A stretch of DNA of 64,000 nucleotides from Hydrolagus colliei (lineage: Eukaryota): positions 9,176,001-9,240,000 of the forward strand of contig CM068759.1 of assembly GCA_035084275.1 (NCBI GenBank). Reading direction: 5' to 3'. The position numbers and the translations under genes were made by a program. Numbering within the stretch: position 1 is the stretch's first letter; each line of letters begins with the position of its first letter. Below are positions 52,531 to 64,000 of this stretch, piece by piece. A model generated the notes under the pieces. That model was not told the origin of the DNA. It saw only the letters and a list, made by a program, of their open reading frames with translations, and did no database searches.

Positions 52531-55500
52531 ATTCAGTAAATGGCTGATTTTATTAAGGAGAATTATTAGCTAAGAAACCAGTGGTGTTGCTGCTATGCAG
52601 TAAACATATCTTATTGGTAGTGTCTGCACAATCATCTCCTAAAAGAAAAGAAATCATTCTGAGAATAAACAATTGGACATTATATCCCCATTTTCTAGTC
52701 ACTTTTTATGCATTTAATTTAGTATTCACCATTATTTGCAGATAGATTAATCAAAGAATAATTCGCTTAGGAAGTAGGGTTTAATCGGTGTCAGGGGTTT
52801 GCTTTCTTATGCCTTACTTAGCTTTCAAAAGCATTAATCGATAAGGCTTCTATCTACTAATAATTCAAGTGAATGATTTTTGTATCTGGGACCCCAGACT
52901 GTGTGTTAGAGTAATTGCTGGAGTCAGCATCTTGGAACGTCCTCCCAATATGAAAACCGCTCTACAAATGTAATTTGGTTGTTGTTGTTGCAGTCAAACC
53001 AGCTAATACCATATAGCTTGTCATTGATATTGCTGTCTGGCAAGCTTCAACCTGCTTGTCCAACTAGGTCCACCCTACCCATTAAGACTTTGGCTCGCAG
53101 GATTAACAGCAGCTGACTGGAAAGTTTCCTTGTCCCCAGTGACTGGTCTGCCTTTCCAGGTCTAGCTAATGAGTATTGCAGTAATCCTTGCCATTGCAAT
53201 TATTTTAATTGTCAGACAAGGTTTATTAAATACTATTGTTTCCATTCCCCCCAAAGGAGCGTAGCCCAAAACGTGAATAGCTGGGTTTTGTGTTATTGTA
53301 TCATGTATTATAGTCGACTGAGAATACCTTCAGTGAAATTTAAGACATTTCTTAATGGCTTCCCTGTGATGACACTGAAAATTTCACTCCACTACATTGT
53401 CAATTTACCTTGGTAATTCTTATATTTTCTAGTTTGCTTCCTCATTTTTCACTGTATTTTGTAGGCCAATAATACAACATACTGTAGTTGCTGGTGATTT
53501 TTTTTTGCGTGAAATCAAGCTGTAGTTTAATTATAGCCCCAAACCCATAACTACAAAAGTCACTTTTTAGATTTTCACTTTGTTTTGATATTAATAAAGA
53601 GCTCTAACGATGACTGGCCCTTGAATAATATCAAAACTGGTCTATGAATATTATTTTCTTTATGGAAGATATTTCAGTTTGTGTTATCTTGCACTCATCA
53701 GAATTGGTGCCTCTGGATGGAACAAACCTGTTAAGTAACACTTTTGTTCATTGAATGGTCACAAGTATGAACTCCTGATGTCCTCCTGATGTGAAAGGCG
53801 CTATACAAGTATAATTTTGTTGTTGTGTATAGTGGACATTTTGTGCCTCGGAGGACCGTGGATTGCGTTCTAGGGGAAAACTGCTGGCAAATGTCCCAGA
53901 TACACCATAAGGATTTGGAAATACTGTTACATTGCCTGTGGGATGAATATTGGGCGGACTCCAGTATCAATCCAGTGTAAATCCAGCTTCGGACTGACAA
54001 AAGCATCCAACTTCCAGCTGTGCTACATTTCCCTGGGCAATAATTGGATTCAAGTGCGGTGAGATTACATGATATTGAAACATCTAGAAGATGTGAAAAT
54101 ATATCAAATTGAAGGATTATTATTATATTGCATTACCATTTGCATATACTGATTTTTTTCAGACTGAACATATTAATAGCGTCCTATAAAATAATTCTCT
54201 TATCAATTTTAGATGTATCACAATGTTTAAGATATCTATTAAGATCAAAGATATTTAACTCTAGAACACCCTAAACAACATACCTTGCTGCACTTGAGAT
54301 AAGTTTCCAAGGAAACGTACAATGATCTTTTACTAAGTCCAAAACTTTGGAGTTTACATCTGACTACTGGTAAGTGAAAAGAAGAAAAAGTCATTTTATT
54401 ATTAAAAGAGCCAAAAGGATGCAAGTATGAATTAAATCCATTCACAAAATTGCAGTGTTAATGGGAATGAAATAGAATCATTTTTTTAAAATTCCTTGGT
54501 GCCCATTTGCAGAAACACATCTCCACTTGTGCCCGTTTTGCTCATCCGTTCTTTATTCTTTCCTCTCTTTCGGATTTTCCGTTTCATATTTTTGCATTTA
54601 GTAAAAGCACCTCTCTTATCGACAACTCGGATGGAATTAGCTAAATCCTAGCCTCAGTTAAACCATGGCCTTCATTAAGCAATTCTCCCATGTTTCCTTA
54701 TGTGGCTTATTCTTGCTCATGTATGATTGTATCCATGCAAAACTAGTGTTCCCTTTGATATGGGCAAATTTATCATTGATACCAGGTTTACAGAATTTCA
54801 CAATACATGTTGAAAGGTAATTGTTTCCTTCTATTTTATTCTATGAAACTGTGAATGAAAACAGCTGATTAAATTAATTAAAGGAAACATAAATAACAAA
54901 CACAACACAAAAAACAATTAGTAGCTAAATTGTTTCGCTCATAAAGGCTTGCCATATTTCAAACCAGAATAAATTTAGAATTTAATATTTCTCCTTATGT
55001 GTATACGGCGAAATTGAAAACTGGAATGAATAAAACATTTTTTAAGGTGTTGTTTCACCCACAAAATACAGTCAATTCATTTTACAATATATTCTGTGAT
55101 GTGCTTTGAGCTTTCTCAACAACATGAAGGTATCAAACACAAGGATTATTATTATAAAAATGGATGAAGGAAAAATGAAGAGTTGGTTTTGAAGGTACGA
55201 GACAGCAATACATGGATCAAATCTGAAAGCTTTATAATGTAGTATGCAGTCACGGTATCTATTAAGGGTTAAAGCTACAAATGATTCTAAATTAATCAAA
55301 TATGCTATGGTAGTTTTATTTGAAAGCTTTCTTTTCCTGCTGCTTCATATCAAGAGTACAATGATAAAAAAAATCTTGTTGTAAAAAAAAGTTACTTTCT
55401 CTTCACCCCTATCCTAAAATGCTTCAAAGAGATTATTAAATCTAAGGGTGTGAGTGATAACTCCCTCTCATGCCCCTATCCTTTTAAGTGAAAAGAATAG

Positions 55501-56859
55501 GAAAATAATCATGTCTCTAATCACAGTCACTTTACTGCTAGCCAACTCACACTTCAACTCAGATCTTGTTTGTTTTTACATTGGCGGGCCTGTTGTCAGA
55601 TGTCGGCCTGGGTGTGCTCTTGTACTAAATAACTAGCTTCCTGCCCAAGTACAGTAAAACACTCTCAAGATAGCCAGTCGGTAGTTTTAGCTAGACTATC
55701 TTTCCCAGGGATGCTGAATAGAGTTACTGCCTTCAGACATCCTCTCGATCTGAAAGGCGCTCTACAAATGTAATTTTGTTGTTGTTCTGGAGCTATGTGG
55801 AAAATTAAAGTTGTGTAATATTGGCCCAGGTAGAGCATGTCTGTGTTAGATGTAAAACGCGGGCAAAGGAGAATCACAGGTGTAAACATGATTGAATGTA
55901 TTCAAACCAGTTTAGTCAGGAGGATGTTACAGTCTGGGTAAAAATAGCAACACTCAGTGACAACGCTAACATGTAATCTGCAGCTTTCAGTGCTGTGTCT
56001 TCCCACTACTTTGGTTATATAGCTGGTACAGTACCGATCATTGGAATCCATTGGAGGTTACCAGAAATCCTCCCAATTTGTGAACATTATGCAAACCTTG
56101 TCTAGGACAGATTATGGGGAAAGTCGAGACTTTTGCTAGTCTTCGTGACTGTGACCTTATGTTTTAAACCGATTCAGCCCACTTTGTTCACAATGAGCAG
56201 CTGGCTTCTGTGAAGAAATAGATCAACACACTCGTTATTTCAATTCTCCACGGAGGATTTGTCTTTAAAAGCAACATTTCCCGTTCGCCTCATTCACAAC
56301 CAGTTATCTTCGGAGCCTTCTGTCTGGCCTTTTAGTCTGTGGGGCCTCTTGCTCTGTTATGGCTGGCTCTCTCTGTGGAGATCCAATATTCAACTGTGAT
56401 AGTCCTAACAGTCCAAGTAGATTAGTTCTCACGAGAGCAGTGTAGCTGGACCCGAGAGGAACTTTGATGGCATGCTATCAAAACTGATCTTCCTGACACA
56501 ATAGGTAAATGGACTGCAGGAATAACCAGAGTTGTCCTATCGTTATTAAAAACGCAACATTACACAGTAAGGAGAACAGCGAGTTCCGCAGAGGAACAGC
56601 CAAGCTTGGAGGCCAGAGCCATCAATGTTGATCTCCGTGAAGTATTTCAGTTTCTTTCGTCAACGCAGCGGCCGAAATGATGAATTGGGGGAAGACCAAC
56701 ATTCGAGACGTTCTCCCTCTTCTTTTCAATCAACGAAGAGAGAGTTCCAATGGATTGAGCACAGTTTGTGTCTTATCTATTATTACATCGATGCTTACCA
56801 TACATAGCCGGGGCACTACTGACTCACCGGGACACTTTGCGGTACTTGGTAAGACTAGA

Positions 56860-57100
56860 TGCCTCTTTATTTGGCCTGGCTAAAAATAGAAGTCAAATGG
56901 CAGTGTCAGGACACTGCAGGACAAGTAGTCAATGGACTGAGCAAGCGATTGAACTCTGAAATACTCCGGGATCGGCAATCCGCAGCTGACAGGCTATTTT
57001 TTGCCATGGTTGACTAAATATGGTCAGGGAGGGAGCAACTGTGAGCAGACTGATTGCCTGGTAGTGCATGTTTCAGATGCTTGGCTGGGTATATAAGCAC
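56860..57100 (+). promoter_or_regulatory. Candidate muscle promoter/enhancer ~3.2 kb upstream of miR-1
   Basis: Perfect MEF2 site CTAAAAATAG 56880-56889; CArG-like CTTTATTTGG 56865 and CTAAATATGG 57014; E-box CAGCTG 56983 overlapping TGACAG; MEF2-like CTATTTTTTG 56994; TATATAA 57090. Confidence 0.6.
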
Positions 57101-57339
57101 CTCAAATGTGGTCACACTTTCTGATTAGGATGTATCCTCAGCAACCCCCCTCCTGCATATTGTAAGTCCTGACCTCTACCAGTGCCCGACCCCCCTGGAG
57201 GGCTGCCTATCTACCTACCTACCTCCTGCAGTCATGTTCAGCTGTATCAAGGTGTGCTGTGCTATGCAGCATTCATGCAACTGAAGGTTACTTCCCCCTA
57301 AACTCCTGGCTTTGTCCTTCAGTGTGGTCTGCCCAGCTT

Positions 57340-57572
57340 CCTCTCTCTCTCTCTCTCGTTTTCTTTCTCTCCTTCACACACTATCTCCTGTCTTTCTTTC
57401 CCCCCCTCCTTTCCAGTCGCTTTATCTCTCTCTCTCTCTCTCTCTCTCACCATATATGCCTTTCAGCTACTGCATGTTGCTTGTATGCTGTTATCTTTTA
57501 CTGAACCTCTCTCCCTCTTCCCAAGCCCATCTCTCCCCCCCCCCCCCCCCATATTCACACACACACACACAC
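57340..57572. repeat. (CT)n, poly-C and (CA)n microsatellites
   Basis: Directly visible. Confidence 0.9.
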
Positions 57573-57918
57573 CAACCTGGCAACTGTGGTGCAGAGGGAA
57601 AGCAGGGGTTGAGAGAGGGCTGCTAATTCAGAAGAATTTCTACATCTGAGGAGGACTAACACCATCACACAGGGCCTGCTTTCTGCATAGGAGATTGGTT
57701 ATGTGAGCAAGTCTGACGGCTGCTGCATGTAGTGCATTATTACCTCGTGATATTGTGACCCTCCTCTATGCATCCCCAACTCTCCAAAGCTGATTCAGCT
57801 TTCAGCTGCTCTGATGATACCACTGCTGCAACAGAATCTCTGATCTGGTAATGTCTTTCTCTTTCCTTCTCTGCTAACTGATCTGTATGTACTTGTGTCT
57901 GACTCGGGCAACCTCCCA

Positions 57919-58110
57919 CTATATATATATATATATATATATAATGTATGTATATAGTGTGTGTATGAGTGAGCCAATCTGTCTGTGGATTATGTCTGTA
58001 CCTATGTGTTAGTATGAAGGTGGGAGTGAATATATATATATATATAGATATATATATGTGTGTGTGTATGTGTGTGAGAGTGTGAGTGAGTGTAAAGTGT
58101 GTGTGTGTTT
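57919..58110. repeat. (TA)n/(TG)n microsatellites
   Basis: Directly visible. Confidence 0.9.
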
Positions 58111-58783
58111 AGATACATGGGCTTAATGCTACGGTCATGTACATCACATTTTTTAAAACAAAAAACTGCAGAGCTGGCAGTGCCCTGGAATGATCTAAAC
58201 AGAAATGTGAGACCTTTGACATGCGTTCAGTTTGAAAGGTTAAAAAGCCCTCTATGCTTAATGCTGAGACAAGCTACTTGATGGATGCTGACTGACTGGT
58301 GATGTAGTGTTTTATTCCGCCCCCACCCCCCCAAAAAAAAAAATAACACTGTGAAAAGCAACAGTAATAATAATTACTTAATGTAACAAGGAAGAATCTT
58401 ACAAAACGTGGCTGGAGTTGGTGAAAGCCTCACACAGCCTTTAAATCATAAGTGAAATAAAAACTTTCAGCCCCTGCCCTGCCTGGGGAATTCTTTGGGT
58501 TGAGGGGAATGGGGATGGGGGGGGGGGGGAATGATTACAAAAGAATGGTTTGAAAGGGGATGGAGTGCTGATCTCTCACATATGTTGCTAGTCATCCATT
58601 GCATGTATGCATCATTGAAGAGATCACCCATATCCATCCACAATCTGATTTCATTTGTCTCCAATCCTCAGGACTCCCTCATTTCTCAAGTGCCACCGAA
58701 ATGCCACGAATTGTTTTTACTAATGCTAATTGTCGCATTATCGTGTGAATTTTTTTTAAAAATAAAAAAAGTTAACAGTGTAA

Positions 58784-58876
58784 ATGAGTGAGTGAATGAA
58801 TGAATGAATGAATTGAATGAATGAATGCAGTGCAACCTGAACTATTAACCATTAAGGGCTTCTCAAGGAGGGAGGT

Positions 58877-58907
<31 letters not shown>

Positions 58908-58912
58908 GGGGG
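58784..58912. repeat. (TGAA)n, (GT)n and G22 tract
   Basis: Directly visible. Confidence 0.9.
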
Positions 58913-59364
58913 AGTGGAATTAAGAGAAGTGCTGGATAAATCTTAAATTCAGATGAATTTTATTTTGTTCTGAGAGAAAAAAAATCCATTTTTTTTCTTT
59001 AAAAGCCTTCGTGTGTCGATGGTGAAGTTTGCAATTTTTTTTAACAAAAAACTGGTAGTTTTCATCAGAGCAATGTGTGAAATTCATTTAAAAAAAAAAA
59101 ATTGTTAAGACTTAAGGCATGTTTTGGGTCTATATTTGCCTGTAAATTGCTATTGATCCGCAAAGCTTCGAGGGAGTAAAGCATAGCAGTGAACAGAGCA
59201 GGTGAGTGGACAGGCAGAGCAGATCATTACAGCAATGCTGAATGAGCATTAATGCCCCGTGTGACCTCTCGCTTTGCCTGGTGCCTAAATCCTGCCCATA
59301 ATAGCCCTGCATTCAGTCCGCTCATCATTTTCAACCATTGCCACTCTGGCCACATTGTTAGGGG

Positions 59365-59759
59365 AGGTTTAAAGCCCAGGCTGGAGTGACTGCGAGACAG
59401 ACAGACACACACACACACAGACAGACAGACAGACAGACAGAGAGAAAGACAGAGGGCACGGAAGGCTGTGGTCGAGACAGAGGATGGGACTTGGGAACTG
59501 ACAGTCCTGCCTCATGGAAACCTCTTGTTCGCTGGGAATCCTCGATGTCTTTGACAAGAGACTGCAACTTAACTGTCTGTCACTGATGGCAACAGATGTG
59601 GTGTGAGCTGCACAAGCACCTCACACAAGCTGCTGTCGAGAAGTAAATTCAAGAGCATCCAAATACAAGTTCCAAACACACACACACACTCACACAATGA
59701 TTACTGAGAGTTTTTAATCAATGGAATGTGTCCCTTTTTTCCCCCCTTCTCAGGTAAGT
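59365..59759 (+). other. Candidate non-coding exon of the miR-1 host transcript ending at donor CAG|GTAAGT (59753|59754)
   Basis: Consensus donor ~380 nt upstream of the hairpin; TTTAAA TATA-like motif at ~59368; a second donor CAG|GTGAGT at 59201|59202. The 5' end is unknown. Confidence 0.35.
59394..59453. repeat. (GACA)n/(CA)n compound microsatellite
   Basis: Directly visible. Confidence 0.9.
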
Positions 59760-60131
59760 TTTTTTTGGTTACTCTTTCACTCTTTCACTGTGTGAGGAGC
59801 AGCTAAGTTTAAAGTTTTGTTTTAAATCGAATTTTTTTTTAGGGACTTTTATCATGATTTATCAATTTATTTATTTCTGTGTAAATTGCTTGGCACGATT
59901 GTGCTTTTCATTAAAAAAAATGAAGTCAAATTCGATTGTGGGTAGATGCATCAAAGCCGCCTTTATTCATTTAAGTGTTGTAGCTTTTAATGTTGGCTGT
60001 ATCACTTAGAGGGAGAGAGAGAGAGAGAGAATAAGTTTCAAGCAATGCTTTGAATTCACTGCATGTATCTCAAACCCTGGGGAGCCAGAATTCTGAATCA
60101 GCTGTTTCTGGACAGGCATCTACCAGCAATT

Positions 60132-60215
60132 ACCTACTTGAAACACATACTTCTTTATATGCCCATATGGACCTCACAAGCTATGGAATGTAAAGAAGTA
60201 TGTATTTCTAGTAGA
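60132..60215 (+). ncRNA. MIR1-1: pre-miR-1 hairpin (miR-1-1 type), muscle/heart microRNA
   Basis: Exact mature miR-1-3p TGGAATGTAAAGAAGTATGTAT at 60184-60205. 5p arm ACATACTTCTTTATATGCCCAT at 60145-60166 and loop start ATGGACCT match mammalian mir-1-1. Basal stem CTACT(60134)/AGTAG(60210). CNNC motif (CAAC) at 60223. Paralog identity is less certain than miR-1 identity. Confidence 0.97.
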
Positions 60216-60245
60216 GAACGTTCAACGAAGAAGAGTGACCATTTC

Positions 60246-60271
60246 CACACACACACACACACACACACACA
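60246..60271. repeat. (CA)n microsatellite ~30 nt after the miR-1 hairpin
   Basis: Directly visible. Confidence 0.9.
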
Positions 60272-63200
60272 AGAGAGAAAAAAAAATTGCCTGACAGGGC
60301 AGACTGAATGTGGAGTCAATTGATAAGCTTGTGGTAGTGCATGCATTGTTCTGTCACTTTCCCTGTGTCAGCAGGTGGAACTGCTCATCAGGACATTAAA
60401 TATTCAATATGCTGACTGCGGCACTGCTTTGAAATGCAAGGCTGGAGGAAAGCTCTGTGTCCACATTTGTTTTAAACCGACTCGAAATCAAAGTACGTTT
60501 TTGTTTTATTTATTTTGAAAAGGCAAAATAATGTTACGTTAATGTGACTGGTTTGTTCCATCAGGCAGTCACCTCATTTGACTACAAAACGCAGCAGAGA
60601 GGCAGACAGTGTATAGATATATATGTGTGTGTGTGTATATATATATATATACTGTATATGTTATATAGAGAGAGCGCGCGCATAGCATAGCTATCTTCCG
60701 AAATTAATTTATCAAAGTCTTAATATTTGTTTTAGTCCAGGATGCAGTGAATGTTTTGAAGCCCGCATTGATGCTGCAAAATTGTTACCAAGAAAAATTT
60801 GTCATTTTAATGTTCCTTGCCAAAACAACTGGGCTTTTCCCTCAAGTTTTCACTCAAATGTTTGGCAAGCGGAACATATTACATATTCCATACAATCTTT
60901 TCTGCGCGTTTAACCAAAATGGTTTCTGATTGAACAGGAGAATAAATCTCTTCCAGTCTGGAGTTGTGTATATATATTTTTGAAATCCTTACGCAGAATG
61001 CAAACTAACAAGCCTCTCAACGGACACTTTGATTTTGAGGGATTAATTGCCTGTACCTCTTTGCTTCTTTGTTGATTTCAAATATGTAATTTGACCACTG
61101 AAGGGTGATTTCATATCTGTCCTTCAGTGTAAATTTCATTTAAAGTTTTTTTTCTAACTACTGTACTATGCAGTGCCTCAAAATTGCGCCTTTGGATTTT
61201 TTGCTGGAATTTCTCATTATTTCTACTGAAAATGCAGCTTCTTGAATCTCTACGCTACGTCTTTTTCTTAGCAAGTTATGAAAATGAACATTAAAATTCC
61301 AATTTAGCATTTTTTAAAAAAATACGCTTTGTCGTATTTTTGCAACTGTCCTTTGCGTGCGGTTAGAAATTATGTTAAAATAAAAAAAGGTAATCCTTGC
61401 CATGACCTTCAAATCTCTTTGCGGTTTTGATCTTCCCTTTTGCTTATGCAATCTCCTCCTGCCTGTACTTTCCGTTCCTCTAATTCTGGCCCCATGCTTG
61501 GTTCTCTCACCGCCTCCCCTTCTTCTCCGGTTGAAGTCTCCACATTCAATCGTACGCGAAAGGAGCTTTAAAAGTGCCTGATTTGTTTTTTTTATGGGTA
61601 CCAAAGAGGAGTTCTTTTCTGCGCATTTAAGCAAAATGGTTTCGCGCGTTTAACCAAAATGTTTTTTTTGATTCTCTAAAACTGAATTAGAAGCAGCAAA
61701 CCAAAGCAAAAATAAAATTGGTAATTTGCTACTTAGGGCAAAGCTTTTTTTTGAAGTTGGCGAGTTCGGAAAGTCAAAGGGTACAAATATCGTTGAGCGG
61801 TGTGTCGCCATGTGATGTATCAATGTGATACATGGTGTTTAGGAGAATCCTACTGATGTTAAGCTCCTGTGGAGGAACTGTGGCAGCAACAGGTGGGAGG
61901 CTGCCCAGAGTCAGAACATTCCATCGTATAAAGAGCTGACCTTTGATGAGAATGACAGCAAGGCTCTGGGGCTTATATTCCACCCAAGTTGACAGGCGCA
62001 CGCACGGACTGACTCAAGATTCTTAGCAGTTGAAACCTTGGCAGCTTTGGCTTAAGCCTGCGGGTTTTGAGATGCATTTATTTGACCACTTTAGCCCATT
62101 TAGCTAATGCATTTTATCTGCTACTCATTACTATGGCTTCAAAGAGAATTTACGATCGCTGGGTTCAACAGCGGGAAATAGCAGCTACTGTTCTCGAGGA
62201 CAATCTTCTTGGCTCTAATATAATCATGGACTTACAAATCAATTATTGTGAACTTCACTGTATAAGACGCCTCACTAAAATATCCAATGTAAATTTTTGA
62301 ACCTCCGTTTTAACACTAAATATATATTTGCAAAAATGATCATATTCAATTGATCTTTTGAGGGATTTTTTGATTGCAGCAATCCTAACCCATTTGCTTC
62401 TTTTTGTAAGGGAAATGTTGACTAGGCAGAGGAAGCAAGGTGCCTTTGATAAAATGCATTTGCTATTCATTTATTACACATCAGGAAGATGCCAATGAAA
62501 TCTTTCAGTGAATGCGAGCTGGGAAAATTAGCAATCCAGTCACTTTTACTACCTGCAAAAGATAAGATGGCTTGCAATCCAAATTTACTAGCGAGGCTAT
62601 CAAAGCCAGTAACTGTTTTACAACTCGTATGTTTAAAATCCTGACTCTAGTTGTCCCTAGTAAAAAGCAGTAGTGTATGCATGTTTAAGTGATCCCTAGT
62701 CACACCAAAGTCAAAAGGCTGTGTTGAGATGTAACCATTATTTAGCATAATTAGATTGCCCTGAAGGATAGACATATACGCGGGCTGGTTTCTGGAAGAT
62801 CGGCCGATGTTTGGGAAATGCATTGGGAGAATTTTAGGGCTTTTAATGTACAGTATATAAATATATATCCACACCCCCCCCCCCCCAATTTCAATCCCAA
62901 ACGTGTGTTCAATGCATAATGCCCAAAGTTTTTTTGCAGGGAGGGAGAGAATGCTCATTCTCTTGTGGTAAAGGGTTTTGTGACGGGGAAGCCCTTGGCT
63001 GTAGTGTTTTAACATGAGGTCAACAAATCAAAAAGGAAAAATTCTGCTGAATCAGACTACGGTCTCTGCACGTCCTGTTGCAGAAAGATTAGCTCTGCAC
63101 TGCACTGCAGTATCTCTTTATGCGTCTGACACAGGCCGTTCTCTTTAATGTTGCCCTATTTCCCAGATTGCACTCGGACCAAATTAGGCGAAATGCAAGT

Positions 63201-63439
63201 TGTGCCCCCAAAAGACTCGCTACGCTTCTCATGTAAACCACACATCCTCAAAGAAGCAGGGACCGTCTCCGTCAATTTGATGTAACGTTTCTCCTCACCC
63301 TCCCTCCGACACCCTCCCCGTCTTCCTCCCCTCTCTTCGCGATCCCCTTCCTCTCCCAAAAGGTGCACGAGTTTGGACATTTGCTGACAGTGTTGTCACG
63401 GAAGGAATTTTTTGTCAGGAGGGCCTGATTGACGTACTG

Positions 63440-63712
63440 AACAGATGCAGCCTTTTTATGAAGTGCTCTGCTGCCTGAGCAGATCGCTCGCCATGCCCTG
63501 ATATGGGCAGAGCATGAAAGTCACGTCGTTTGTCCAAATAAGCACCCAATGTGTCCCAAGAACACCACGACAGCTGATATAAATAGTTCTCATTCTCAGC
63601 TGCCGTCCGTGCCGAAATCCCACTTAACCAGCACCTGTAATAGAACTGCTAGATGCTTCTCATGACAAGCAGATGCAGTCGTGTATGTTGATTGGTGGCT
63701 GAACAGCTGGGC
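63440..63712. promoter_or_regulatory. Candidate myogenic enhancer downstream of miR-1
   Basis: E-boxes CAGATG 63442 and 63670, CAGCTG 63571, 63597, 63704, CACCTG 63632; MEF2-like ATATAAATAG 63577; CArG-like CCTGATATGG 63497 and CCAAATAAGC 63534; CACTTAA 63621. Confidence 0.6.
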
Positions 63713-63865
63713 AAGTCAGATCCGATCTATTCCTGTTGCTAGCCATCACGGTTTAAGTTTATAGCTGTCAGAACTTCTCTCTTTTTTTAATAAAAAATCT
63801 GTAGGATGTGGTTTAATGCACCTAAACCAGCAATGTTTTTCTAATCGTTTTAAAAATGGTTAATT

Positions 63866-64000
63866 AATTATCCTTGCATTTGGTAAGGCGTCTTATCATG
63901 TGGTTGAGACGTCTCAAAGCGCTTCACCGGATACACTGTAAAGTGGAGAGACTGTGTATTTTGTGGGTGAAACACGGCAGCCAATTGAGTGCAGCAGTGT
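63866..64000 (-). mobile_element. SINE family A, cut by window end
   Basis: ATCCTTGCATTTGG...GAGACGTCTCAAAGCGCTTCAC...GGCAGCCAATTG. Confidence 0.85.

Noticed and set aside
1-55000. GATA5 or MIB1 exons expected from synteny of miR-1 paralogs
   Set aside because: No zinc-finger, ankyrin or RING coding segments recognised; very short exons could have been missed
57259-57626. Hydrophobic Leu/Ser-rich ORFs resembling membrane peptides
   Set aside because: Translations of (CT)n microsatellites
60063-60346. ORFs overlapping miR-1
   Set aside because: Non-coding hairpin plus (CA)n; no protein similarity recognised

Overview
Non-coding, AT-rich, repeat-dense vertebrate DNA. The repeat set (tRNA/Deu-type SINEs with L2 tails, L2 and CR1 LINE fragments, Penelope termini) suggests a cartilaginous fish, probably a chimaera such as Callorhinchus; this is inference. 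No intact protein-coding exon is recognisable, and the ORF track is noise or transposon debris. The one clear gene is a miR-1 hairpin at 60132-60215 (+), with an exact mature miR-1 and a miR-1-1-type star arm. It sits in a ~8 kb zone nearly free of transposons that carries MEF2, CArG-like and E-box clusters, candidate host-transcript splice signals (including an AG|GTAAGT acceptor/donor fusion) and dense microsatellites. miR-133 is not in the window and is expected downstream. The first ~55 kb hold SINE/LINE fragments, two Penelope ends with minimal hammerhead ribozyme motifs, and several very decayed Gypsy gag/pol fossils, all on the minus strand. Repeat boundaries were read by eye and are approximate (about +/-20 bp, more for the fossils).
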